Origin: Bythopirellula sp.
GTDB taxonomy: Bacteria > Planctomycetota > Planctomycetia > Pirellulales > Lacipirellulaceae
DNA: 64,000 nucleotides
Direction: 5' to 3'
NCBI GenBank assembly: GCA_965216565.1
Contig: OZ244170.1
Coordinates: 2,624,001-2,688,000, forward strand
Within the stretch, counting starts at the first letter, position 1. Every line of letters begins with the position of its first letter. The notes below the pieces were generated by a model. The model was not told the DNA's origin and did no database searches. It worked only from the letters and a program-made list of their open reading frames with translations. A program made the translations under genes and the position numbers. Shown here one piece after another: positions 18,371 through 27,867 of the stretch.

Positions 18371-20815
18371 ATGTCCACCGCGGTGCGTCGAATGTTGCTG
18401 AGCTTGCCGCTAATGGCACTTGCACTGGGCACGGTAAGTGTTCGGGGTGAGCAAGCCGCATTCGACACTGCAGCAAGCGCCTACCGACAGGGCGATTGGG
18501 AAACGGCTGCCACGCAATTTCAAAATCTTCTATCGAATTCGAACGATCCCACTTCTGCCGAGCAAATTCGATTCTTTCTGGCTGAGTGCGAAATGCAGTT
18601 GGGGCAATACGCCTCTGCTCAGCAAAACTACCAATCGGTTCGTGAATTCGCCGACCAGGAGCTTTCGGCCCGGGCCCTCTTTCGCTGCGGCGAAGCGGCT
18701 CTGTTTGCCGGCGACGATCAACTGGCGGACGACCTACTGCATCAATATCTGAGTGCCAATCCAGATTCGGCCTCAGCCGCTTTTGCTTGGATGTATCTAG
18801 GGGATCTCGCCAACAGGCGCGGTGACCTAGAAACAGCTGCGGCGGCGTTTCGCACGGTTGCGAAAGATCATTCGCATTCGCCCAACGCAGACTCGACGCG
18901 GTTGGCTCTGGCCAAAGTTTTTTTGGCCCGTGGCGAGTACGATCAGGTGCCCCAGGTTCTTACATCAATCAGCGAGGATGGAGATCCATCAATATCCGCG
19001 GAGGCGGCGCTGTTAACAGGACGCGCTATGTTTGAGCAAGGAGAGTACGAACAGTCGCTCGCACGTTTTCGACAGGTCATTGAAAACTATCCGCAAACTG
19101 AAACGCGTTTCCGCGCCAGGATCGCTGCCGCCTGGGCGCTCTGGCGATTGGAGCAATTCTCTGCCATCAGAGACGAAGTAAAGCCACTGGCCAATCAGCC
19201 GCACTGGCTTGCCGATTACCATTACCTATTGGGCATGGCGGCCTACGGTCAGCAGGATTGGTCGGCCGGAACGAAGCAACTTGCCAAGGCACTAGCTCTC
19301 CGACCCGATCATCCCAGTCACGATGCCATGTTGTTCTACCAAGGCCTCTGCTATTCGCGTGGCGAGCGACTCGCAGCGGCGGAAAGCGTTTGGGAAAGGC
19401 TCTGTGCCGAGCATCCGAATAGCACCTGGCGAGACGACGCGCTGTGGGAACTTTCCCGGATGGCCCGCTTGAAACAGGATACTCAGCAATACAACTCAAG
19501 GGTGCAGACCCTGCGTCAAGAAGTCCCCGCCAGCGACTACATTACATCGTTTTACGACCAGGGTGATAACACACAAACACATAACACTCCTGCACAGATT
19601 GATAGGTTGGCTGAAGCACAGGACCTGCTCGACGAGGCGGTCGGTCTCGAGCGCGACGGCCACTTTCACCGAGCTATCGCCAGCTACGAAGAACTCATAG
19701 CACTTACACCTGCCAACTCGCTTGTGCATGAGGGGATTTGGCGAAACGCGAAGCTCCATCAGCGTTTGAAGCGAAACCGCCAAGCCATGCGACTTCACGA
19801 GCAATATCTGCGCAGCGATCCGACCTCGTCACACTTGGCAGAATCACATGCAGCCCTGGGAACCCTCGCACTGTCGGGGGGGAATAAGGGATTGGCGAAC
19901 AAACATTTCCAGGTTTTGCTAGAAAAGTTCCCCCAGAGCGCCCAAGCGGCCGGTGCAGCCTATTGGCTGGCCCGCCTTGCTGCCGATGACAATGATAGCG
20001 AAAAGGCTCTCGAGTACCTCGACGCCACCCTCGCCATGTTGGAACAGCTCGAGTCACCACACGATCGTGAGAAAAATATTCTTGCGCAGGCCGTGGTCCT
20101 CAAAAGTAAGTTGCTTGCCGAAAACGAAAATTGGCCAGAAGTTCGCAATTTGGCAGTTAATGCCCTCTCCAAGTTGCAACAGGGGACGGCACAAGTGAAG
20201 CTGGAGTTCTGGCTGGCAGAGGCGGAGTTTCGCACTGAAGAATTTGACCAAGCACGGAATCGATTTGAAGAACTCCAACCGCGGACGGCCGGTATCCAGG
20301 AAGCGTGGGTCGCCATGGTTCCGCTGCGACGTGCACAGCTTTTTGCTCAACGATTGCAGTGGAAGGAAGTGCTCACTCTGCTAGAGAAACTGGAAGAGAG
20401 TCACCCAAACTTTGCTTTGCAATACGAAGTAGATTACCTACGCGGCCGGGCCCTAGCGGGTCGGGGACAGATGCGTGCAGCTCGGACGTACTATGAAGAG
20501 GTGTTGCAAAATCCAAGGTCTTCGGCAGAAACGTCTGTGGCGGCGCAATGGATGATAGGGGAGACATATTTTCATCAGCAGAACTACGAAACCGCTCGCC
20601 TCACCTATCAACAGGTGATCGACGACCACGACGCAGCCGATTGGCAAGCTCGCGCTGCATTGCAGATTGGCAAATGTTGGGAGTTGGAACAGAACTGGGA
20701 TAAAGCACGGGCGACCTATACCAGGGCGATGACGAATTGGCCCGACACGCAAACGCAACAACAGCTCGAAACACGATTGAGATGGGCTCAGCGTCACGGC
20801 AACCCCCGACGCTAA
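18371..20815 (+). CDS. Exported TPR protein (CpoB/BamD-like repeats)
   Basis: Many TPR units, e.g. AQWMIGETYFHQQNYETA and AALQIGKCWE; signal peptide. Confidence 0.85.
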   Translation: MSTAVRRMLLSLPLMALALGTVSVRGEQAAFDTAASAYRQGDWETAATQFQNLLSNSNDPTSAEQIRFFLAECEMQLGQYASAQQNYQSVREFADQELSARALFRCGEAALFAGDDQLADDLLHQYLSANPDSASAAFAWMYLGDLANRRGDLETAAAAFRTVAKDHSHSPNADSTRLALAKVFLARGEYDQVPQVLTSISEDGDPSISAEAALLTGRAMFEQGEYEQSLARFRQVIENYPQTETRFRARIAAAWALWRLEQFSAIRDEVKPLANQPHWLADYHYLLGMAAYGQQDWSAGTKQLAKALALRPDHPSHDAMLFYQGLCYSRGERLAAAESVWERLCAEHPNSTWRDDALWELSRMARLKQDTQQYNSRVQTLRQEVPASDYITSFYDQGDNTQTHNTPAQIDRLAEAQDLLDEAVGLERDGHFHRAIASYEELIALTPANSLVHEGIWRNAKLHQRLKRNRQAMRLHEQYLRSDPTSSHLAESHAALGTLALSGGNKGLANKHFQVLLEKFPQSAQAAGAAYWLARLAADDNDSEKALEYLDATLAMLEQLESPHDREKNILAQAVVLKSKLLAENENWPEVRNLAVNALSKLQQGTAQVKLEFWLAEAEFRTEEFDQARNRFEELQPRTAGIQEAWVAMVPLRRAQLFAQRLQWKEVLTLLEKLEESHPNFALQYEVDYLRGRALAGRGQMRAARTYYEEVLQNPRSSAETSVAAQWMIGETYFHQQNYETARLTYQQVIDDHDAADWQARAALQIGKCWELEQNWDKARATYTRAMTNWPDTQTQQQLETRLRWAQRHGNPRR

Positions 20816-20833
20816 CACAATAAGGACGCAAGG

Positions 20834-21628
20834 ATGCGGTTCTCCATAAAACAATCACTCGTCATGATGACAGGCCTCGGGCTAGGCCATTGCTTGGCAT
20901 TGCCATGTTTGGCGCAAGAGATTGCTACCGACCGAGCGACCGAGAGTATTCAGGGCAAGAGCTTGTGGGAGATGTTTCTAGCCGGCGGTCCCTTACTGCT
21001 GCCAATCGTTCTTTGCTCATTCGTCCTGCTACTGGTTGTGTTTGAACGAACCGTTAGCCTGCGGCGTCGACGTGTGGTACCGCGGTTGTTTTCCGAACGT
21101 TTCTTGCTGCAGACCGGCGAAGGCGCGCTCACCAAGAACGATGCGTTGCAGCGCTGCATGGAAAACGACAGCCTGGTAGCCCGCGTATTTGCATCCGCAG
21201 TGCGCAAGTGGGGCAAGCCAGCTGTGGAAGTCGAACAAGCGGTGATCGACGAGGGCGAACGCGTAGCGAACGAGATGAGACGCTTCTTGCGGGTGATCAA
21301 CGGTGTGGCCACGGTATGCCCACTCATGGGTTTGCTAGGGACAGTCTGGGGAATGATGCAAGCCTTCGAGGCAATCGCTGATAGCTCGGCAATGGGGCGA
21401 CCCGATCTACTTGCCGGTGGCATCAGCGGGGCGTTGCTATCCACGGCTGCCGGGCTTAGCGTCGCGATCCCGGCACTCATTTTGTACATGTGGTTTGTTG
21501 GCCGGGTGGACATGCTGGTGATGGAGATCGACAGATACGGCCAGGAGCTCGTCAATTCGATTTCTGCCGAGGCTCTGGAAGAACGTCGCAGCCGACCACG
21601 CGCAACCAAGGGCAAAAAAGCAGCATAA
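20834..21628 (+). CDS. exbB: MotA/TolQ/ExbB proton channel family protein
   Basis: [14 protein letters not shown] and [18 protein letters not shown]. Confidence 0.92.
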   Translation: MRFSIKQSLVMMTGLGLGHCLALPCLAQEIATDRATESIQGKSLWEMFLAGGPLLLPIVLCSFVLLLVVFERTVSLRRRRVVPRLFSERFLLQTGEGALTKNDALQRCMENDSLVARVFASAVRKWGKPAVEVEQAVIDEGERVANEMRRFLRVINGVATVCPLMGLLGTVWGMMQAFEAIADSSAMGRPDLLAGGISGALLSTAAGLSVAIPALILYMWFVGRVDMLVMEIDRYGQELVNSISAEALEERRSRPRATKGKKAA

Positions 21629-21732
21629 GGGAAGTGTGATGTTTGATGTCTGATTGTTGATGTCAGCCATCTCTGAGTTTCCAGATATTTCCTACGTTTT
21701 TTAGAACAACAATCAAACATCAAACATTCCCG

Positions 21733-22164
21733 ATGCCCCTTAAGACTCAACAAGATGAACAGCCTGTGCTGAACCTCACGCCGATGATCGACGTGGTGTT
21801 TTTGCTGATTATCTTTTTCATGGTCGCAACCAAGTTCTCGGAGCGCGAGAGAGATATCGAGCTCGAACTTCCGGAAGTCGCTGCAGCATCTGCGCTCACT
21901 TCTGCTCCCAAGCAGCGTGAGGTGACCGTTTATTCAGAAGGCAAGATCGAACTCGATGGCGAGAGTGTTAGCCTATCCGAGTTGACCAGCACATTGACCG
22001 CGGCAAAGAGAGACTATCCTAATACAAGCGTGGTCATTCGCGGAGATGCTTCGTGCGCTTTTCAGCATGTGGCTGCCACGCTGGCGGCATGCAAGGACGC
22101 CAACATTTCTGACCTCGGCATCACCGTCCGAATTGCCAATGGCGCATCGCCAGCCCGGAGGTAG
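21733..22164 (+). CDS. exbD: ExbD/TolR family protein
   Basis: LNLTPMIDVVFLLIIFFMV; VVIRGD. Confidence 0.93.
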   Translation: MPLKTQQDEQPVLNLTPMIDVVFLLIIFFMVATKFSERERDIELELPEVAAASALTSAPKQREVTVYSEGKIELDGESVSLSELTSTLTAAKRDYPNTSVVIRGDASCAFQHVAATLAACKDANISDLGITVRIANGASPARR

Positions 22165-22167
22165 GCG

Positions 22168-23937
22168 ATGTCGCATTCAGCAATTCAACTTCTGGCCTCC
22201 TGGGGCTTGCCCACTTTTACGTGGGTCATGATGTGGTCGGTACTTGCCATTCTTACCGTCTTGCTGCTTGTACTTCTCCGAACGCGTTGGAGCAAATCGA
22301 AACCATGGCGACGGTACGCGGTGCTTTCTCTATGGGTTCATGTGCTTCTAGCCTGTGCGACCATGACCGTGCGAATCGTCACCGGTGCCCCCGATTCTGG
22401 CGAAGGAGAGATGGTTCGTGTTACCGTGTTGAATACGGAGATGTTCGAAGACGAGCAGCACGAACCCGCTGAACTTCCCGAGTGGGAACTTCCAACCAGC
22501 CAGGAAATCATTGCTCCAGAACTAACACCCCTCGAAGAGTCCCCACCCGAACCCGCAGAGCCCACTCCAGATTCCGCAGCTATGGAGCAACTTGCGGAAA
22601 TGAGTAGTGAGCCGCCCCCGTCCCCTGCCCCACCGCTGGAAGCGCCCACGTTGATGGCACCACCCCCTGCCGATGCCTCCACAGAGTCGGCGGCATCGAA
22701 AGTGGTCGAGACTTCCTCAGACAAAACACTCGCAAAATCGAACGAGCCAAAAGAGAAAAAGGAACTTGCCGAGTCAGCGGCGGACGTCGTTCCCAAAAAG
22801 CCTGCCCCTCCATCGGTCCCGCAAACTTACCAAGACCGCTTCGCCGAGAATCGCCAACAGATTGCAGAAAGCGGTGGCGGCAGCGCGCAGACCGAAAAGG
22901 CCGTCCATGCAGCACTCAAATGGTTGGCAGCCGCCCAGTCCGCAAACGGCGGTTGGGATGCTTCGCGATTTGGGGCGGGCAAAGAGCAAAGGGTTCTTGG
23001 AGAAGACCGTCGCGGTGCCGGTCGCAATGCCGACACAGGCGTGACAGGGCTCGCTCTACTTGCGTTTCTTGGCTCCGGCAATACACATCGGCATGGTGCG
23101 TACACCTCACAAGTTGCCGACGGCCTGGAGTATCTCCGTCAACGTCAACGGAGCGACGGGGCCTTGTTCGGCGATGCTCAGGTTTTCGCCCGAATGTACT
23201 GCCATTCGATGGCCACTTTCGCGGTGTGCGAGGCCTTGGCCTTAACCGGCGACGAACGGCTGAAGCCCGTTGCCGAAGCAGCAGTTCGATACACGCTTGC
23301 CATGCAACATCCTACCGATGGCGGCTGGCGTTACCGGCGAGGCGATACGGGAGACACTAGCCAACTCGGCTGGCAACTCATGACGCTCAAAAGCGCAGAA
23401 CTGGCTGAGCTTCCAGTACCTGCTTCTACCTGGTCGCTCGTTGAACGCTATCTGCGTCGAGTGCGTCGCGGAAACACTGGCGGCCTGGCAAGCTATCGTC
23501 CCGAGGCACCAGCCAGCCGAACCATGACCGCCGAAGCCATGTTCTGTCGTCAGTTGCTTCGCGCCACTGGCTACGGGGGAATTAGCACTAGCGAACTGCA
23601 CGAAGCGCTGCGCGTGATTTCTCAGCAGCCTCCCGCCGATAATCAACGAAACTTGTACTATTGGTACTATGCCACCTTGGCGCTACATCAAGCCAAAGAA
23701 GAATCGACCGACGCGGCAGATACTTGGGACGATTGGAATCATTCCCTGACCACGGTCCTTCTAACCACCCAGCAAGAAGATGGTAGCTGGAGTGCCGACA
23801 CCACTTGGGGTGGGTACGGCGGTCGCGTTTATACGACGGCTCTCTCGGCCATGTGCTTGGAGGTGTATTATCGTTACCTACCCGCACAGGCTCCCGGCCC
23901 TGTGGCCCGCCGCCCCTGGCAGGCTGTCCCTTATTAG
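22168..23937 (+). CDS. Membrane-anchored protein with Pro/Glu-rich linker and prenyltransferase/squalene-oxidase-repeat barrel domain
   Basis: Two N-terminal hydrophobic segments (the second contains SLWVH); PEPAEPTP/PPPSPAPP linker; QW motifs QSANGGW, QHPTDGGW, QQEDGSW. Confidence 0.85.
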   Translation: MSHSAIQLLASWGLPTFTWVMMWSVLAILTVLLLVLLRTRWSKSKPWRRYAVLSLWVHVLLACATMTVRIVTGAPDSGEGEMVRVTVLNTEMFEDEQHEPAELPEWELPTSQEIIAPELTPLEESPPEPAEPTPDSAAMEQLAEMSSEPPPSPAPPLEAPTLMAPPPADASTESAASKVVETSSDKTLAKSNEPKEKKELAESAADVVPKKPAPPSVPQTYQDRFAENRQQIAESGGGSAQTEKAVHAALKWLAAAQSANGGWDASRFGAGKEQRVLGEDRRGAGRNADTGVTGLALLAFLGSGNTHRHGAYTSQVADGLEYLRQRQRSDGALFGDAQVFARMYCHSMATFAVCEALALTGDERLKPVAEAAVRYTLAMQHPTDGGWRYRRGDTGDTSQLGWQLMTLKSAELAELPVPASTWSLVERYLRRVRRGNTGGLASYRPEAPASRTMTAEAMFCRQLLRATGYGGISTSELHEALRVISQQPPADNQRNLYYWYYATLALHQAKEESTDAADTWDDWNHSLTTVLLTTQQEDGSWSADTTWGGYGGRVYTTALSAMCLEVYYRYLPAQAPGPVARRPWQAVPY

Positions 23938-24122
23938 ATTGGTAATCAAGATCCTGCAAAAAGCAGGAAAGCCGCCCTCAACGCTCACTTTGGCTGTTTG
24001 ACTTGCCCCATTTGGCCAGTAGAATTGAATGTAGAAGAGTCGCGAAATCCTTTGCGCTGTAACCACTTATGTGCGACGAGTTCTACGGCTCGTCAATGAA
24101 AGAGTTAACCATCGAGGTGGCC

Positions 24123-24398
24123 ATGGCCGCACCAATTTTTGCCATCGGATTCCCGGGCTTGCCCGAGATGCTGATCCTAGGCTTGATCGTCCTCATCCTG
24201 TTTGGCACTCGTTTGCCCTCCGTCATGCGTTCCCTGGGCGTAGGCATCACCGAGTTTCGTAAGGGAATCAAAGGCGAGATCGATGCCGACGGTCAGTCCT
24301 CGGTCGAAAAGAACGAATCTGTTATCGAGCAAAAGAGCGACTCCAGCAGCGAAAGCTCAGATCAAACCTCTCGCACCACTTCTTCCACAACTGCTTAA
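24123..24398 (+). CDS. tatA: TatA/E family twin-arginine translocase subunit
   Basis: EMLILGLIVLILFGTRLPSVMRSLGVGITEFRKG. Confidence 0.88.
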   Translation: MAAPIFAIGFPGLPEMLILGLIVLILFGTRLPSVMRSLGVGITEFRKGIKGEIDADGQSSVEKNESVIEQKSDSSSESSDQTSRTTSSTTA

Positions 24399-24422
24399 CA
24401 CTTGCCAACTTCTGCTGTGGAA

Positions 24423-24770
24423 ATGATTACATACGCAACTTTGATGGCTTTCATCAGCCCCAGTCCGAGCGAGATGATGGTGGTTGCCGTCGTGGCACTG
24501 CTGCTGTTTGGCGGCAAGCTCCCCGAAGTGGCCCGCACCTGGGGCCGAACCTTCGCTGAGTTCCGCCGCAACCTCACCGGCATTCAAAGCGAGATCAACG
24601 ACGCGATCTACAATGAACCGGAACGTCTAGAATATCGTCCGGAGTCAGACGCCTCGTATTCTAACGCGTCCTATGTCGACGAGCAGTACCCAGAGCGGAC
24701 ACTGAATAGTTCTGAAGAGGACGATGCCGAAACAGTTGCGGTAGAAGACGACGAGTCTTCGCGCGACTAG
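24423..24770 (+). CDS. TatA/B family twin-arginine translocase subunit
   Basis: EMMVVAVVALLLFGGKLPEVARTWGRTFAEFRR; acidic tail. Confidence 0.85.
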   Translation: MITYATLMAFISPSPSEMMVVAVVALLLFGGKLPEVARTWGRTFAEFRRNLTGIQSEINDAIYNEPERLEYRPESDASYSNASYVDEQYPERTLNSSEEDDAETVAVEDDESSRD

Positions 24771-25046
24771 CCATCGGTTTCAAATCCTAATCTCCCATCC
24801 CTGAGCCGACGGCCCTACCCGCGGGTTGCGCCCGGGAAACCTGAATTAGGGTCCCAAGTCGCGACGTGGCGTTGGGAAAATGAAAAATCTCCCCAAACCT
24901 TTGCACGCAAATGTTATAATCACAGCTCTGCGAGCTTGGGTCGAACCTTCTCTCGATCCAATCGGGAATTGATCAGATTAGAGGATTGCCAGGCAGACAC
25001 CTTCCGCCAACCAAAATCCTCGGCATTGCCCCCTGGGAATCTATTT

Positions 25047-27335
25047 ATGCGAGCTTGGAATTCTCTCCAACCTAAGAGACAACTCTTCCAGTATGTCTGC
25101 TTAGTGATCTCTCTAACTCCTGCCATGTGCGCCCCCATCTTTGCGCAACAAGATTCCGTGTCGGCGTGGGATTCTGCCAGTTTTCGCAATTGGAGCTTCA
25201 TCCCGTACTGGACGAGCCAATCGCAACTGGAATCGTTTCCGGCCGATGGCTTGTACGATCACGTCTCGGATGTTCTTTATTTTTCTGGAGTGCGGCCAAC
25301 TGCTACCGGCGACTTGAACTACCATCCTTGGGCTGCTCAGCATCTAGCCACTTTGGCCAGCCAGAGAGCACAAGAAGGCTTTCGCTACCATATGAGTATG
25401 TTCGACACCTTCGGGGGAGATGTGGAGACGGTCTGGAATTCAATCGTCTCCAATCCAACGAACCGTGCTAATTTTGTCACTCAAGTGACTAGTCTCTTGC
25501 AATCGAACGGCATGACCGGCTTCAATCTCGATTGGGAACGGCCGAATACTGTCACTGAATGGGCCAACTACACCCAATTGGCGCACGACCTTAGAGACTC
25601 GATCGGGCCACTTGGAATGGAGATTTCAGTCGACGACTTTGGATTCACTGATTCCCGCTGGGACGATTCGTCGGTTTTCGATGCGCGGATTTACGATCAG
25701 CTGTTCATCATGGGCTATCACTACCCGGCCTATAGTTCCAACGCACTCAATAACAACTTCTTTGCAAACGGAAAGCTCGCCCTCACTGGGCAGGGCCCGG
25801 AAAAAGCGTTTACTAACGAGCAACTTGTCCTCGGCATTGGGACTTGGGGGAAGGCGACGGTTTCTGGCCAATCGATCAAGACTCTCAAGTCGATCGTGGA
25901 GTCCGATCCCAATCTAGCCTACGATGCCACCACTTGGACGGACGGAACCAATACTTGGGAAATCCAGAGCCGCGAACAGGTGCGCGACAAGGTTCAGCTT
26001 GCACTCGATCGCAACATGGCCGGCATCATGAATTGGACCTTGCATTACGATTCGCCGACGGAGCTTGGCTTGCATCGGGTTGCCCACCATTACATTGTCG
26101 TGCAGCGCGACGTCCCCGATTTGAATTTGGACGGCGAGGTCAACGCCGCGGATGCCGAAGTGCTTTCAGACAACATGGGCACCGTTCCTGGCTGGACGGG
26201 GACCAACACGGCAGCTCGTTTTGATAAGTTCTATCGCAGAGGCAACTGGGAGCAGGGCGATCATAACGGCAACGGTTTTGTGAATCAGGCAGACGCCGAT
26301 TGGCTGGCTGAGCGATTTGCCAGCTTGGGAGTCAATCTGCCGGACCGCCTGGCGTACACAGGCACCTTGGATAACTTTGCAAACGGCCCGGGGCTTGTCG
26401 GTCGCTGGCAAGTTCCTTTGACCGGTGGTGGAGATCTTCCCGAGACTGGCAATTTCACCCAACATGGACCGGGATCGTTGACCTTCAATGGCAGTGGGTT
26501 GGGAAGCGACAAGCATAGCGACTCGTCCCTAACTATTCGCAATCAAAATGCTGCAGAGGCCTTCGACACGCTTAACACTGATCCACGAGAGTTGGAAGTC
26601 GACTTGAGTGTGCCCATTAAATTGGGTCAAGAATCGGAAAGGTACTTCACGCTCTTGGTCCAGCAGAATACTGGCCCCTTGCTCTCATCCCAACTGGCTT
26701 CAGATCAACGAGACCTCTTCTTGCAGTTCCTTGATGCATCAGGAACCAACCAATTCGATATCTCATTGAGCGGCAAGAGCGGTGAACTGGGGATCAATAG
26801 TCGGGCGGATACAGGGGGTGAGGACGTATCAACCACTGGCATTCTACCCGACCTTACCTACCTGTTAGTCGGCAAGATCACCGGGAGCGGCGTCGACACA
26901 AACACGATGGAATTATCTTATTTCCCAGAGGGTGCTGACGTCGCTGACTTTACAGATCCCAATTTCTCTTGGATGCTTACAGCCAATAGCAGCCTCGGTT
27001 TCAATCCGACCATATCGAGCCTGAGTCTTGTTAGTTTGTACGAAGCCAACTACACCGTCAGCAATATCCAGATCGGCTCAGCCAACCGTTTCTTTGGCGT
27101 GCCGGGAGATTTTGACACGGATGGCGACGTCGATGGCTCTGATTTTCTCCTCTGGCAACGCGACCCGAGTGTGGGTTCCCTTAGCGATTGGGAAACGAAC
27201 TATGGTTCAACTTCACCACTCTCGGCAACCGCCACCACGGTGCCCGAGCCGTCGGTTTTATCAACTCTGCTGATAGCGATGATCACAATACTCTTGCGCC
27301 GCGATGTATCTGCTCAAAAGACGCAAGTTGCTTGA
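25047..27335 (+). CDS. GH18-like glycoside hydrolase with dockerin-like repeats and PEP-CTERM anchor
   Basis: GFNLDWERP, IMGYHY, AGIMNWTL; GDFDTDGDVDGSDFLLWQ; VPEPS + TM + RR. Confidence 0.8.
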   Translation: MRAWNSLQPKRQLFQYVCLVISLTPAMCAPIFAQQDSVSAWDSASFRNWSFIPYWTSQSQLESFPADGLYDHVSDVLYFSGVRPTATGDLNYHPWAAQHLATLASQRAQEGFRYHMSMFDTFGGDVETVWNSIVSNPTNRANFVTQVTSLLQSNGMTGFNLDWERPNTVTEWANYTQLAHDLRDSIGPLGMEISVDDFGFTDSRWDDSSVFDARIYDQLFIMGYHYPAYSSNALNNNFFANGKLALTGQGPEKAFTNEQLVLGIGTWGKATVSGQSIKTLKSIVESDPNLAYDATTWTDGTNTWEIQSREQVRDKVQLALDRNMAGIMNWTLHYDSPTELGLHRVAHHYIVVQRDVPDLNLDGEVNAADAEVLSDNMGTVPGWTGTNTAARFDKFYRRGNWEQGDHNGNGFVNQADADWLAERFASLGVNLPDRLAYTGTLDNFANGPGLVGRWQVPLTGGGDLPETGNFTQHGPGSLTFNGSGLGSDKHSDSSLTIRNQNAAEAFDTLNTDPRELEVDLSVPIKLGQESERYFTLLVQQNTGPLLSSQLASDQRDLFLQFLDASGTNQFDISLSGKSGELGINSRADTGGEDVSTTGILPDLTYLLVGKITGSGVDTNTMELSYFPEGADVADFTDPNFSWMLTANSSLGFNPTISSLSLVSLYEANYTVSNIQIGSANRFFGVPGDFDTDGDVDGSDFLLWQRDPSVGSLSDWETNYGSTSPLSATATTVPEPSVLSTLLIAMITILLRRDVSAQKTQVA

Positions 27336-27490
27336 AGGGATTGAACCAATCCAAGCCGAACCGACCGCTAGGATGGTCAATCTAGAAACTGAGTCGTTTA
27401 CCGTGGTTTAGTACCTGCATCGAATGAGCTCGAGCGAAGATCCGCCCAAGAGCAATCCAGGGTTGTCCGAATCGATAGAGGAAGCTCTGC

Positions 27491-27820
27491 TCACAGGTGT
27501 ACGGGAATCGATCGCACCTGCTCGTTTTCTGAAGGCGGCTGTGGAGGATCGACCCAAGGAATCTCTTGATTCTCTTCGTGCATCGTAAAGACAAGCGATT
27601 TGAATTCACGTGTCAATTGCGCCAGCACATCTCGCTCTGAGTTGCCGCTGGCCTGGATGCTACCAGAATCGCCGGCGGCAAGATTCGCTACTCTTCCGCT
27701 AACTGTCCCGTCTTCTTGGTGGCAAACGTAAACTAGGCAAGCATAGACAGGAACACTTGGCTTAGCGTCACCAGTGATTCCCAGCGAATTTGGGCTCTTG
27801 GAATTAGGCCGACTATCCAT
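27491..27820 (-). CDS. Small protein resembling a HicB-type antitoxin N-terminal domain
   Basis: YACLVYVCHQEDGTVSGRVANL...ASGNSERDVL...EENQEIP matches the HicB pattern by eye. Confidence 0.6.
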   Translation of the reverse strand: MDSRPNSKSPNSLGITGDAKPSVPVYACLVYVCHQEDGTVSGRVANLAAGDSGSIQASGNSERDVLAQLTREFKSLVFTMHEENQEIPWVDPPQPPSENEQVRSIPVHL

Positions 27821-27867
27821 CGTGGTTTTAACTCTCCGAAGCTTGTAGTTCACATTGGGTGCGGCAA

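Noticed and set aside
20950..21753. 267-aa minus-strand ORF
   Set aside because: Antisense shadow of exbB with no recognisable motifs
22168..23937. Squalene-hopene cyclase call
   Set aside because: It has a single barrel only, lacks DxDDTA, and carries a TM plus Pro-rich N-terminus.
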